Shown here: piece after piece, positions 1 through 12,360 of the stretch
How the letters are laid out: each line of letters opens with the position of its first letter
Position numbering within the stretch: the first letter of the stretch is position 1
Assembly: GCA_030770535.1 (NCBI GenBank)
Contig: JASVEC010000130.1
Span: forward strand, 1 to 44,514
Direction: 5' to 3'
From: Batkoa obscura
Lineage: Eukaryota
Length of the DNA: 44,514 nucleotides
Made by a program: the position numbers and the translations under genes
Notes under the pieces: generated by a model
What the model was told of the DNA's origin: nothing
Databases searched by the model: none
The model's input: only the letters and a program-made list of their open reading frames with translations

Positions 1-3000
1 TGCTATGATTATACAAGATTCGAGAAGATGAATAATAGCAAAAGATCATTTTCTATAAAATCAATCTCGTCAGCTACTATTCAAAAAACATACAATATGC
101 ATAATACCCGACTTCAATTTCATATTAAAAAAAAAAGCGGCTATTAAAATCCAATCTATTTGGAGAAGATACTCAGCAATTAAAATGCTACACGATCTTA
201 GTATCATTCACAATCAAGCAGCATTAAAATTACAATGTAGTATTCGTAGCTGGCTTTGCAAAAAAGAATTGAATCAAATTAAGCTATTAAACAAATCGGC
301 CACCATCATTCAAAGTCAATTTCTTATGCGGGATCAGGTTAATACATATTCAAAAAAACGAGCTAGTGCCCTACAATTACAATCATTTGGGCGTGCACTT
401 TTAGCAGTAAATCAATATAAATTAACTAAGAAAGAAAGTAGAAAAATACAAAATAGAATACGTGTATTTACCCATAGTAGAAGAATAAAAGAAGAATACG
501 ATCAACGTAAAAAATTAACTAAAAAGATGCAACAATTGGCACGCAAGTATATAATTCGACAAGAGGAAATACGTAAGAAAAATAAGGCAGCAACTCAAAT
601 TCAATGTTTATGGAAATGCTTTAAATCTAGAAAATCATTAAAGTATTTAATTTATCAAAAGAATTCAGCTACAAAATTACAAGCATTTATGAAAATGTGT
701 CATTTTAATATCAATTATTCTATTTTAAAAGAGACATCCAATTTTATTCAGTTAAGAAGAAGAGTCAGAGTTTTAGGGGATAACGTATGCGAAGAGTACA
801 AAAATAAAGTTAATGCAACTAAAGTAATACAAAAACAATTAAGAAAGCATTGGTATCTTATGGCAGAAGCAGAGAAAAAAGAACAAGCGTGCGTTAAGAT
901 ACAATGTATTTGGAGGAAATTTTGCGCTAAAAGGCTACTTTCTAAACTTCAACTTCATTATAAAGCAGCGGTTTTAATTCAATCAAAAATAAAAAGTTTT
1001 GTAATCAAAGAAGTTTATTTTATTACTTCTTATTTAGCAATGGGTTTGCAAAGGGCATGGAGAGAAAAGTTACTAACCAGGGAAACTAAGCAAAATTATT
1101 GTAAATTGAGAGAAACCACGCTATTCCTTCAACAGCGTGTTAAGTTTATTAAATATTTTAAAAAGTGCAAAGAACAAAGAAATTTAGCTGCTATTACTTT
1201 ACAATCGGCTTGGAAGAGACTGCTAGCTAAAAGAGAGTTAAGTAGTAGGAGAATTAATAAGGCATCAGCAACTATTTCTTCGTTTTTAAAGATGGTTAAA
1301 GGAACTACCAATTTCAATGAGCTTAAAGACCATACAAAAGCTATTATAGAAATTCGTCATAATACTCAACATTCTAAAGTGACATTAGATAATTATTCCT
1401 TATTAAAAGAAGCAGCTAAAATAACTCAATTCCAATTAAGACAAAAATGGGAAACTGAAAGTGTATATAAGCAACATTTAAAAGAAAAAGGAGCGACTTT
1501 ACTTATTCAAAGGAAGTTCAGAGCTTATCAAAAACACGTGAGGTTAATCAATCACTCTGCTTTAAAAATCCAATCAGTTTGGAAGATGGCTATTACCAAG
1601 AAGGAATATACATATGATCAAATGAGAAATAAAATGGCTCTTAGAATCCAGAATTGTATGAGAATGAAAATAGCTAAAGAGGAATTTAATAATAGATTAA
1701 AGCTAGCAAAAATCATTCAAGAAAGATGGGATTGTTATATCAATACTTTAGATCAATGTTTTAATTTTAAATTAATTAAAGAAGTCACTGGATTCATTAA
1801 AGATACCTATCAAAACTCAATAAATTGTAAAGACATTAAGGAGGATTATCAAATTCGAAAATTAGCCATGTTGACAATTCAATCTAACATTAAAATGGCA
1901 ATGAGTAAACTACCCTATTTAGAACTTAAATCGGCAGCGGATTATGTGGCTCATAGAAGAAAGGAAGTGGTTTTGGCAAGAGAGGAGAATAAGAATTATT
2001 TAGGTTTAAAATTCAAAGCTATTATTATACAAGGCATTTATCAACACCAAATTCAATGCAATAAGGTTAAGGAATTATTTAATAAGAAAAAGGAAGCAGC
2101 TACCGCTTTACAAAAGTGTCTAAGAAGTTATTGGATTCAAAAAGATACTCAATATAGATCTGCAATTTTACTTCAAGCTCAATTAAAGGCATATTTAGTT
2201 AAGAAGGAGTATAGTAAAAACATACACTTACATAACAATTCAATTAAAATTCAATCTTTATTGAAAATGGTAAAAAGTCGAATTAAATTTAATAAGATTA
2301 GGCAATTAAGCCAATGGATTTGTGAACGTAGAGAGGCATTATTAATTTCTAACGAGATTGTGGATAGCTATGACAATATTAGAATTGCGGCTTTTATTAT
2401 TCAAGATAGACTTAGAGCTATGACAGATGGTAAACTGGAATTTAACCATTATCAAAATATTAAACAGTCAGCAATTGTTTTACAGCAAGCTTATCGTAAT
2501 TACTTTGAAAGGAAAAACCAAGCAGCCACCAAAATTCAACAGATATGGAGAGGATACATATTAAGTAAAGAAGCTATTGAATTATTCAACAAAAAGAAAG
2601 AAATAAGGAAAAGATTTCAAAAAGTATATATAAAACTAATAGCTGCAGATCAATTATTTTTAAGATTTAATGAAATTTTTGAAGCTAAATTACATGCTCA
2701 ATTTCGATTAAGATATAAATATTTAACTCTATGGCGAAATGAATGCAATGAAAAATTAGAAGAATTGAGAGCTAAACGATTAGAAAGAGAAAGACACTTA
2801 GCCGCTATAAAATTACAAACATTAAGTTTATCTTATTTAAGTCAACGTAAATTTAAAGCGAGTCAAAGAATTGCAAAGAGTTTACAACCATTATGGAGGG
2901 GTTACAAAGTACGTATAAAGAGTTCACCAAAGGTGAAATTAGCTTGCCAAAGAGTTCAAAAAGCTAATCGTGAAGCTCAACCGCATATGATACTTTCAAA

Positions 3001-3586
3001 TCGTACTACTATTGCTTTAGACATATTAAGTGCTAGTAAAAATTTAACTCATATTATTAAAGCATGTGATCATTTAGTTGTAGTAACTCAATTATCACAT
3101 ACTTGTCGACAAAGGTTAATGGAGCAATATCATGTTATTAGAGTCATATTAACTTTAATGGGACAATGTAATCGTAGTCAACCTCATCAAGAAATCTTAA
3201 GACATTCTGTTTTAATATTGGAAAATTTATCTCGCGATGAAACATGTGCTAAACATTTAGTTACACAATGTAAAGATGTAGAAGATATGTTAATTACTAT
3301 GGTGGCCCATAAAGAACTATCACATGTATTAAATCCATTGATGGTGACTTTAGCTAATTTAATGTCGTATCCTAAAGTGTTAGAAATTATTAAAAAGACA
3401 AACCAAATCAAGTTAAGACTTAAAATGGTTCAAATGGGTATTAAAAGAAAAAGTAGGTTTCCGATGATGAATAATAAAGTGAAGAAAGACTCAAGATCAA
3501 TATATTCGGTGGGATTAATGGGATTAAGCTCATTAGAAGATATTGATCAACAGCAGTTAATTGGGCAACTAATTGAACTTATTTAA
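1..3586 (+). CDS. ASPM: ASPM/Asp (abnormal spindle)-like protein: IQ-motif array plus conserved C-terminal HEAT/ARM-like region; 5' part lies outside the window
   Basis: Many IQxxxR motifs (IQCLWKCF, IQCIWRKF, LQSAWKRL, IQQIWRGY, LQPLWRGY). The C-terminus LSNRTTIALDIL...IIKACDHLVVVTQLS...LMGQCNRSQPHQEILRHSVLILENLS resembles the ASPM C-terminal domain. The frame stays open upstream of ATG185 (KAAIKIQSIWRRYS) back to an A10 run at 127-136. Confidence 0.85.
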
Positions 3587-3990
3587 GAATGAGTGGATTA
3601 AGATATGAAAATCAATAAAAATTTTGATACATCTAATTATTATTATTTTGTTTATTTGGAATATGTGGGGTTTTCATTGGAATATTGATAAGTGACCGAC
3701 ATAGAATATTTTGTAAAAATTTATAACTTAATTAAAAAATAAAATAATACTTAACTCAAAAAACCAATTTTAACGTTATAATAATAAGCTGATATTATAA
3801 ATAACAGTTAATTTTTGTTATCAATATTATTATTATAAAGTAAATTTTGGATTGATTTGGTCATCAATAGTTTATCTTTTTATTTAGTTTGATTCTAAAA
3901 TGCTATTAACCTTAGAGTCTTTGTCCAATATTTTACTAAATATACTTGAATCAAATCTAAATGAATTTAATCAATGTTTTTTAAGCAAGT

Positions 3991-4089
3991 GAAGATGTTT
4001 TTTTTTGATTTCATTATTTTTCCATTTTTTAAGCGCTATTTGAGTAGAAAGATTGTTAGTAAAATTCTTAAACAAAAAAATACATCCTC
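3991..4089 (-). mobile_element. MITE family A copy
   Basis: Near-exact reverse complement of 4142-4239; no matching TSD. Confidence 0.9.
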
Positions 4090-4141
4090 ATTAAAAGAAA
4101 TTCATAGAGTATTTACCAATAAAACTATTAAAATCAATATT

Positions 4142-4239
4142 GGGGATGTATTTTTTTGTTTAAGAATTTTACTAACAATCTTTCTACTCAAATAGCGCTT
4201 AAAAAATGGAAAAATAATGAAATCAAAAAAAACATCCCC
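4142..4239 (+). mobile_element. MITE family A copy
   Basis: GGGGATGTA...AACATCCCC terminal inverted repeats, ATAT(T) left and ATAT right. Confidence 0.9.
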
Positions 4240-5096
4240 ATATCATTTTTGCCAAATATTTAAACAATCTAATTTTCTAATTTATAAAGCAAATCTAATT
4301 TAGTAACTTTATTTGAATTGAAGAGTTATTTTATCTTATTTCTCTTTTCTCAAGCCTTAAAATGATTAGAGCTACAAATCTAACCTTCGACGGATATTTA
4401 GAAGTTGATTACAAACATACTGATACTATCCTCTTGTCAATTACTATTCCTTATTCGCATGAGAGTATTTTTTATAATTTATTGGGATATATTCCATCAT
4501 TAGACTGGATGAGGTTTATGATATTCAATATAACAAACTACATTTTAGTATAGTATTATTTTATCAATGAATTGTATTATTTGTAAAATCAGCAGTAACC
4601 CTTTTTGATATGTATGTTACAGCTTTACTATAATTCAACTAACTGTTCACTCAAGAGTAAGGTTTAGCTAAAATTCAAGGGTCAAGCTTTAAAGAAATCA
4701 ACTAACTAATCAAATAAATGGCTCCAAAAATCACTGCTAGTTACATTGTAATAAAGCTATAATGTAAGTTATGTTTAAATTTTAGTATAAATTAATTATA
4801 CTTCTTAAACCTTAATATCTTACTTTTGTAATTTATTTCACGACTTTGGGTTATGCTACTAAGTAATTTTATATATATACAAGTTTCTATAAAGGACATG
4901 TCTGCAGGGTTTTACTAAAGTCACTTTTATCTAAATTATATATGGATGGATGTTTTCTAATAAATATTTTTATCTTTTATATAGGATCAATATAATATGA
5001 ATTTTGACATAAATTTCTCAAAATATTTATGCTCTGTTTTACTTTAGCATTTTAATAAAAATTTAAATATTTCGATAAAAATATCTAAAGTATAAG

Positions 5097-5557
5097 TGTG
5101 AAATATCGCTTTGTCAGCCCCACGGTCAATTGTAGTATAACCACTTAAGCTGCTGTGTTCTCGAGTTCAGAGAAAATCAATCCCACGTTCTTAGTTTGAT
5201 TTGCTATGAGAATTTCTAGCTCCATTCCAAAGAATATTATCTTCTTATTTTGATATTTATACTTTTCAGAGTATAAAAGAGCTTACAGAGTATAGTAGTT
5301 CGAGGCTTTTTAATTGAATTATTCCCTGATATCTCGAACATTTAATAAAGCCACTAAGTTTTCCTAATAGTATTTTACGTAGATTTTACATTAGTATTGT
5401 CTATTCTATCTGTTTTATATAGCTTGTAACCTATTACGTGCTATTCCTCATAATCCAAGTCTATCTCAGTCACATAAACTAAGACCTTTCGACTTATAGT
5501 GTGGTCAACCCAGCAATAGCTGTTCTTGACTCCAAACACTGAGTACCAGATTTCACA
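5097..5557 (+). mobile_element. solo LTR (~461 bp) of an LTR retrotransposon
   Basis: TGTGAAAT...ATTTCACA termini (TG..CA with 8-bp inverted ends), TAAG on both flanks, internal TATAAAA (~5272) followed by AATAAA (~5344). Homologous copies at 35640-36191 and 36644-36960. Confidence 0.8.
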
Positions 5558-5914
5558 TAAGTACCTGTATTAGTTTAACTATAAATTAGTCTCAAACAAG
5601 GATTTACACATTTATTTTGATTGTTATTATTTTGAGATATCAATTTTTATGTTAATAATACTGACTTTATTAGGCAGAACGATAAGTATAATTAAAATAA
5701 ATATATTGGTTAATTATTTATTTATTTTCATATCCATAGATTAGCAAAAAATTTGTACAAAATTGATAAAATATTTTGTACAAAAGAGATATAAAAGTTT
5801 GCAGAGTAAAAGAATTGGAAAAAGGTGATTTAAAAAAATTATAAGCGTATTGCATATAATTTCAACATAACACGTGAAAAATTTTATATTAATTACATTA
5901 TTTAAATATAAGAT

Positions 5915-6008
5915 ATCAATGTGTTTTTATTTCACCACTTTTGTACCTTGAATGTTATTTATGTGGAAAGATTGTTAGCAAAATTTTTAAACAAAATGCA
6001 TTCTTATG
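5915..6008 (-). mobile_element. degenerate MITE family A copy
   Basis: Core GTGGAAAGATTGTTAGCAAAATTTTTAAACAAAA matches the family; termini decayed. Confidence 0.6.
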
Positions 6009-6722
6009 CTAAAATTTCAAAAATTCATTTTAGCAAGACATTATTTTTATTAAGAATTAAAACCTTACTAATAAGTCTTTGTTAATGTTAATTATTCCTC
6101 TTGACTATATCTTGGCAATGGGCTATTCAAATGATCTAGAACTTTGCATGCGGTCTATTTATAACGTATAAAATAGATTCGTGTGAAAGATGATAACTTG
6201 GCTATCTTCTAATCCCTTTGTTTTGTGATTTTTTAACCACCACTCATATGCTTTCTGACTAATGTGTATTTAGCATCACAATCAAACAACTAAATTTTAA
6301 AATTTTAAAAATCAAATACATGATGATAAACATATAATATGTTATAATCTTAAAGGCATGAAAATAAGACTTTCAATTAAAGTTGTTTCTTTATTAGTTT
6401 AACTGTTTTTTATAATATTACACTCTGGTTGCAGTGCTATTCATAAAAAAAGCCACATTTTGAAATAATTCATATATATGATTTTAAACTTTGCGATTGA
6501 TTGGAAAAATGAAATATTAATGATAAGAAAAATAATTTGTAATAGCATTATAAGACCAAAGAGAATTTGTAAATAATATGGACTCTTTGTTAGCAAGAAA
6601 TACTATAGTTTTGAAAGCAAACTTGATTTACTTAACCAATAATATTTTAGCTAGTTATGATTATAAATTAAAATATATGAAAGTAGTTTTTACTTCTTCC
6701 TTTATTTTTATTTTAAAATAAA

Positions 6723-7490
6723 ATGGAACTGAAGTTTGATCAGTTAATCAATGTATTACTAGAAGATATATTCAAACTTTTAGATCCAGAAGAAGTGATA
6801 GATTTCTGTTTCTTAAGCAAAGAGTTATTTAATATCGTTAGTGAAATAGCGAAATATAATCCAACTTATCCGTTGTATGATCAAAATAAGACTGGTAGAT
6901 ACTGGAACTATCGAGAGAAGTTTATCAAAAATAATGGAGGATTAATGAAACATATAAATATTGAAAGTGAGAATATAGAATATTTAACTTGTTGCTCAAA
7001 CTTAATATCTATATCTTATCTAAATACATATAACAATAGAGCTATTGAATTCGGTTTCTTTAATACCAAATATTCAAGCTATTCATTTTATGAAAATAGA
7101 CCAACATGATAAACTATCTGATAATGTCAAGTTCAACGAAGATACTTTCATAAAAAAAAGTATAATTTAAGCAAATACAAATTTACTAAATTCATTTCTA
7201 TAACTATTTTAACACAACTAAAGAGTTTCTTCACCTCATATCTTTATTCCCAAACCTTGAAGTAGTTAAAAACACAAATCTTTTATCAGATAAAACTGAA
7301 CCATTAGATTATAAAATACTCGTACTATCCCTTTATTGCTTATTGCACCTTATACAAATAATCACAAGGGTATTTTCAATTACCTGTTGAGATACATTCC
7401 ATCATTAGATTGGGTGAAACTACAATAAGCAATGTCAATAAACTACATTCAAATATAGTCGCTTTATCAATGAGATATATTATTTGAAAC
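6723..7490 (+). pseudogene. F-box/LRR-like pseudogene copy 2
   Basis: F-box-like N-terminus (LINVLLEDIFKLLDPEEVIDFCFLSKELFNI). The ORF stops at 7109, but a frameshifted downstream segment (SLFPNLEVVK...YIPSLDWVK) matches the paralogues. Confidence 0.7.
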
Positions 7491-7763
7491 TAAGTGATAG
7501 CTTTTTTTAATATTTAGATTCCAATAATATTATGCTTTTGTATTTTAAACTTTATTATTATTATGTTATTAAGATATAAATTCATAAATTAACTTTTATT
7601 TTCAACATTTTATTTGTATGTGTTTTACAATTGTAACAATTTTGATTATAAAATTTGTATTGATTTAACTAATAGTATTCAAACTACATAGCATCATCAA
7701 GGTTAATTAAGGGTTATAAAAAGTAAATCGAACTTTGTTTCTTTTTTTTTATTTGATTTTAAA

Positions 7764-9190
7764 ATTCTATTAGTCTTAGAGTCTTTATCTGATATATTAT
7801 CAAAAGATATGCTCAAGCTATTACATCCAGAAAAATTAGCTAATTTATGCTTTTTAAATAGGTTATTTAATATTGCAAGCAAAGTAGTTGTGATAACTCT
7901 ACTTATTCACTGTGTAATCAAGACAAAGTTGATGTTAATATTATCAAGGGAAGTTTATTATCGGAAACCGAGGATTGATGAAGCATATGAGTATAAAAAC
8001 TAGAAGCTTTAGGTCTCTAAACAATTGTTCAAACTTGAGATCAATATTCTATTTATATACAATTAATGGGAGTTGTGAAAATAGAGACAAAAATAAAGAT
8101 AATATCAAATTACAAGCTAAAATGGCAAAATTAAAAAAATATATATGAATATTCTTAGTGACATATAATCATTAGACTTATTCAATAGGCACTCGAGTCA
8201 ACTCGATATATCTGAATATTACGTATATAATATATCAATCAAAGGTTTGATAAAGTATTTAAACCCAAAAGAATTAAAATCACCTGTGATAGGCACATGT
8301 AACATCATAAATCTTAATGTATTAACTATGATTAAAACAGGATTTAGTAAGTTAAAGAGACTAAAGTTGATCGTTGATGGACTTATTAAAGCTTCTAGTG
8401 AAATCAATTTGAACGCAAATTTCAATTCCAATTTAGAATTAGAAATTGTTAATGCTATGCTTGAGTTTGATATAAAATATTTTTGAGACTTAAAGAAATT
8501 AAAGAGTATTAAATTAGTAAATAGTACTGATTTTGAAATCAATACCAATAATTTTAATAATATAGAATTAACTAAAAATAGTAATATTATAGCTTTATGT
8601 TATTTTGATTCAAAGGGTAGAATAGATTATACTTTTTTAAACCTATCAAGTTTAAAAGAGGCATATGGGGATGTATTTTTTCGTTTAAGAATTTTGCTGA
8701 TAATCTTTCCACTCAAATAGTGCTTAAAAAATGGAAAAAGTAATGAAGACAAAAAAAATATCCCCATATTATTGAGTATTTATTAAAAGAATTGCTAGCT
8801 AAAATTTCACAATTATCAAACATTCAAACCATCCACTTTTCTAATTTGAATCAGTACACTATACTATCTAATAACTCTGGGTTTAATAAAATGGACTTTT
8901 ATAATGAATATAATTCAATTAAATATCAATTTATTAATCAAATTCAAATTTGTAACTCATATTTTATTACAATCCAAGAATTTCTACTTTCTATCTCTTT
9001 TCCCAAACTTTAAAATAATCAAAACTACAGATTTCATGTTAAAAAACAATATATAAATGTTGATTATAATCATATTAGGACTACTCCTTTATTACTTATT
9101 ATGCCTTCTAAAGATGATGATGATGATAATGATGTCTTTGATAGACTAATAGAATACATCATGCTGTTATATTGGATGAAATTATAATAA
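7764..9190 (+). pseudogene. F-box/LRR-like pseudogene copy 3 (multiple stops/frameshifts, MITE insertion)
   Basis: Fragments LESLSDILSKDMLKLLHPEKLANLCFLNRLFNI, FSKLKRLKLIVD, LKKLKSIKL and LSNIQTIHFSNL (LRR-like), plus a paralogous 3' end. Confidence 0.7.
8667..8765 (+). mobile_element. MITE family A copy inside F-box pseudogene 3
   Basis: ATAT-GGGGATGT...ATATCCCC-ATAT. Confidence 0.92.
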
Positions 9191-9603
9191 GTTAATTATA
9201 TATTTTATTTGAGCCTTTATCCTAATTAATTGTGAGCTTTGAAATTAACAATTAGGTTACAATTCTATTTATATGTTTATGATATCAAATATTATCCATA
9301 AGTAATTTATCTATATTTTTCAATTTTAGTTTTAATTATTGATTTTGTACTTTCTGACACGTAAAGTTTGATTTTGAATGCTACACAAAAATATTATCAG
9401 AAAAATTACTTAATTACGTTCTTATACAACACTAAATTAGCTTAATATTTAAGATATGAGAGATGAGAAGATGTTATGGTCCACCTATAAGCCACCTGAA
9501 TCCTATTCAAGTAATATGTGAACCACCTAACTTGCTTACAAGGCAGCTCATCCTTCATAATTTACAACTGATAAATTGATCTAACATAGTGAACTTATTA
9601 AAT

Positions 9604-9699
9604 GGGGTTGTTTTTTTTGGTTCCATGAGTTTTTCCATTTAAGCGCTATTTTAGCGGAAAGATTATTAGTAAAATTCTTAAACAAAAAGACACATCCCC
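9604..9699 (-). mobile_element. MITE family A copy with AAAT target duplication
   Basis: AAAT-GGGGTTGT...ACATCCCC-AAAT. Confidence 0.9.
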
Positions 9700-9721
9700 A
9701 AATGGTCATTACGATTTTTCG

Positions 9722-9793
9722 TACAATGCCCAGGAATCAAATCCGAAGCAAACTTCTTGAGATGCAATGATTTAACAACTCTACTACTATTGC
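9722..9793 (-). pseudogene. decayed tRNA (Gly-like) pseudogene
   Basis: Minus strand reads GCAATAGTAGTAGAGTTGTTAAAT...CTTCGGATTTGATTCCTGGGCATTGTA and aligns end to end with the intact tRNA-Gly genes; the anticodon arm is broken. Confidence 0.6.
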
Positions 9794-10139
9794 TTTGTTA
9801 TATTAGGAAAAGTTTGAAATATAAAGTCAAATATTGGCTCATGTTTAAAATACTTGTTAATGTGTATTTTATTTTTTGATTTGAGTATTATAGATTTGGT
9901 TCAAAGTGACCAAGACTTTTTAACTTGTAACTTTTTTTATTTAAACTGAGCCCATAAAGCCATTTTTTTTCAAAAATATCAAGTTATTTATAAACTCATC
10001 TATTGACAGTAGAATTATAAACAATAAGGAAGTTGTTCTCTATAGTAAGAATCATTGTTTTTATGTTAATTTAAAATTTTTATACAATAATGAAAACAAA
10101 AAATATAGAAAACCAAAAAATGACAGAAATCAAACATAT

Positions 10140-10237
10140 GTGGATGTATTTTTGTGTTTAAGAACTCTACTAACAAATTTTCCGCTTAAATAGCGCTTAA
10201 AAAAGGAAAGAGTAATGAAGTCAAAAAAAACACTCCC
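10140..10237 (+). mobile_element. MITE family A copy (ACACTCCC-end subtype)
   Basis: ATAT-GTGGATGT...ACACTCCC-ATAC. Confidence 0.88.
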
Positions 10238-11199
10238 ATACAATAAATAATAGTCCAAACTTAAGTTTATCTTAAATTTATTAACCAAAGACACTATATT
10301 TACCTACCTACCTCTCTTTAACAAACTTAGATATACCTAACCTTTACCATGTACTATGTTGTCATAAAGCTCTACCTTCTTTTATTGCTCTTCCTCATGC
10401 TAAGATATTCTTCAACCTAAGAATCACTATCTCCCTTTATCTTCTTATCCCTTGATTATAAAAGTAACCCATGACAAATTGATCATCTAACTTAAAGTTT
10501 CCTTTTTTTATTTAGCAAATAAAATGCAAACTTATAATATCAAAACTTCTCTTGGACCATCCAATCTCGCTTTATTTTATAGACTATTACTTTTTAAATT
10601 GAATAGTCTTCTTCTATGGTTTATTGTATTTAAGAAATAAAAATTATTTATATTTAAATAAAAGGAAATCTCGATTTAAGTAAATTTTATTGATGTCATA
10701 TTATTACATAAATTTAATAATACTAACTATTTAAGCCCCAATTATATATTATATATTATCTCTATCTATTTAGTTACGATGTTAACTTAATTTAATATTA
10801 TACTTGACTAAAATAAAATATCATAAAAATACAGTTTTTACCTCTGATCTATCGTACAAACAATTATCTAAGCCATCTATTTATCTATAAATAATTGAAC
10901 ATTCTTACTCTATGTAACCTAGGTTTACTACATTGTAAAATGTAATGTTTTGCTTATAACTTTATTGTAAAAATGACTTGTAAATAAATAGTAATAGCTT
11001 ATAGTTAAATGCTAATGTCAAATATATGGAACGATCATGAATATTAAATAAAACACTTACTTTCAGGAGAGAACTAAGAAACATTAGTAGAATATAAGGA
11101 CATATAGATACAATCTTTAATTTAAAGTAAAATGAAAGTGCACTTATCTTTAAAAGTATTAGAATTTATTAATTTTTAGTATACAGTTACCAATCCAAT

Positions 11200-12360
11200 T
11201 TAGAACTTTAATTCTTTTGGTTGTTCCCAAGTAAATTCTTCACGACCGAAATGACCATAGCATGCTGTTTTACGGTAAATTGGTTTAAATAAGTTAAGAT
11301 CTTGGACAATCTTTCCTGGACGGAGATCAAAATTTTCTTTAACAATTTTCAAAAGCTCTTCGTTTGATTTAGCACCAGTGCCATAAGTATCTACAAAAAT
11401 GGAGAGAGGTTCTGGTACACCAATGGCATATGATAATTGTACTAAACAACGTTTAGCAAGTTTAGCATTTACAAGGGATTTGGCGATCCAACGTCCAGTG
11501 TAAGCAGCTGAACGATCGACTTTGGACCAATCTTTACCACTGAAAGCACCTCCACCATGAGCACCCCAACCACCATAAGTATCAACGATAATCTTACGTC
11601 CAGTAACACCAGCATCACCTTGTGGTCCACCAATAACGAAACGACCAGAAGGATTAAGATGGTAAACAGTCTTGTCATCAAGGTATTCAGCTGGGATAAC
11701 AGCATCAATGACCTTTTCTTTAAGTTCTTTACGAATGGTTTCATTATCAACATCAGCACTGTGTTGAGTAGAGATGACAACGGTATCAACACGGAGAGCT
11801 TTAAGGTGGCCGTTTTGGTTTTCATATTCAACAGTAACTTGAGATTTAGAATCTGGACGTAACCAAGATAAAGTACCATCACGACGAAGTTCACTCATCT
11901 TTGAGTTAAGTTTATGGGCCAAGATAATGGTAAGTGGCATAAGTTCAGGGGTTTCATCGGAAGCATAACCAAACATAATACCTTGATCACCAGCACCAAT
12001 ATCTTCAATGTTTTCTGAGACTTGAACTAAACCGTCAGCAATTTCAGGACTTTGTTGTTCAATAGCAACTAATACATTGCAAGTTTTGTAATCGAAACCT
12101 TTTTCACTATCGTCATAACCGATATCCTTAATAGCTTCACGGATGACTTTTTGGTAATCAATTTGAGCACGAGTAGTAATTTCACCAAATACCATAATCA
12201 TACCAGTTTTGGCAGCAGTTTCACAAGCTACTTTACTGTAAGGATCTTGGGCCAAACAAGCATCAAGGATAGCATCACTGACTTGATCACAAATTTTATC
12301 TGGGTGACCTTCACCTACGGATTCTGAAGTAAATAAAAAGCGTTCAGCGTTGTTAGTCAT
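11200..12360 (-). CDS. SAM2: S-adenosylmethionine synthetase (methionine adenosyltransferase), intronless
   Basis: [47 protein letters not shown] and GGGAFSGKD signature motifs; 386 aa. Confidence 0.98.
   Translation of the reverse strand: MTNNAERFLFTSESVGEGHPDKICDQVSDAILDACLAQDPYSKVACETAAKTGMIMVFGEITTRAQIDYQKVIREAIKDIGYDDSEKGFDYKTCNVLVAIEQQSPEIADGLVQVSENIEDIGAGDQGIMFGYASDETPELMPLTIILAHKLNSKMSELRRDGTLSWLRPDSKSQVTVEYENQNGHLKALRVDTVVISTQHSADVDNETIRKELKEKVIDAVIPAEYLDDKTVYHLNPSGRFVIGGPQGDAGVTGRKIIVDTYGGWGAHGGGAFSGKDWSKVDRSAAYTGRWIAKSLVNAKLAKRCLVQLSYAIGVPEPLSIFVDTYGTGAKSNEELLKIVKENFDLRPGKIVQDLNLFKPIYRKTACYGHFGREEFTWEQPKELKF

Larger units (their letters stand above)
3900..4553 (+). pseudogene. F-box/LRR-like pseudogene copy 1 (internally deleted, two MITE insertions)
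   Basis: ATG3900 MLLTLESLSNILLNILESNLNEFNQCFLSK parallels the starts of copies 2 and 3. The 3' part (LLGYIPSLDWMR, ORF 4362-4553) is homologous to ~7230-7430 and ~8960-9190. Confidence 0.65.

Noticed and set aside
1129..3411. Short antisense ORFs (1129-1317, 3187-3411)
   Set aside because: Shadows of the ASPM-like gene.
3974..4195. 73-aa ORF
   Set aside because: Runs through two MITE copies; chance frame.
8219..8548. 109-aa minus-strand ORF
   Set aside because: Antisense to the LRR-like pseudogene fragments.
10800..11199. METTL16-type UACAGAGAA hairpin or SAM-sensing element in the SAM synthetase 3' region
   Set aside because: No TTCTCTGTA or close match seen on the plus strand, and no convincing structure by eye.
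11469..11894. Alternative-frame and antisense ORFs within SAM synthetase
   Set aside because: Codon-bias shadows with no independent support.
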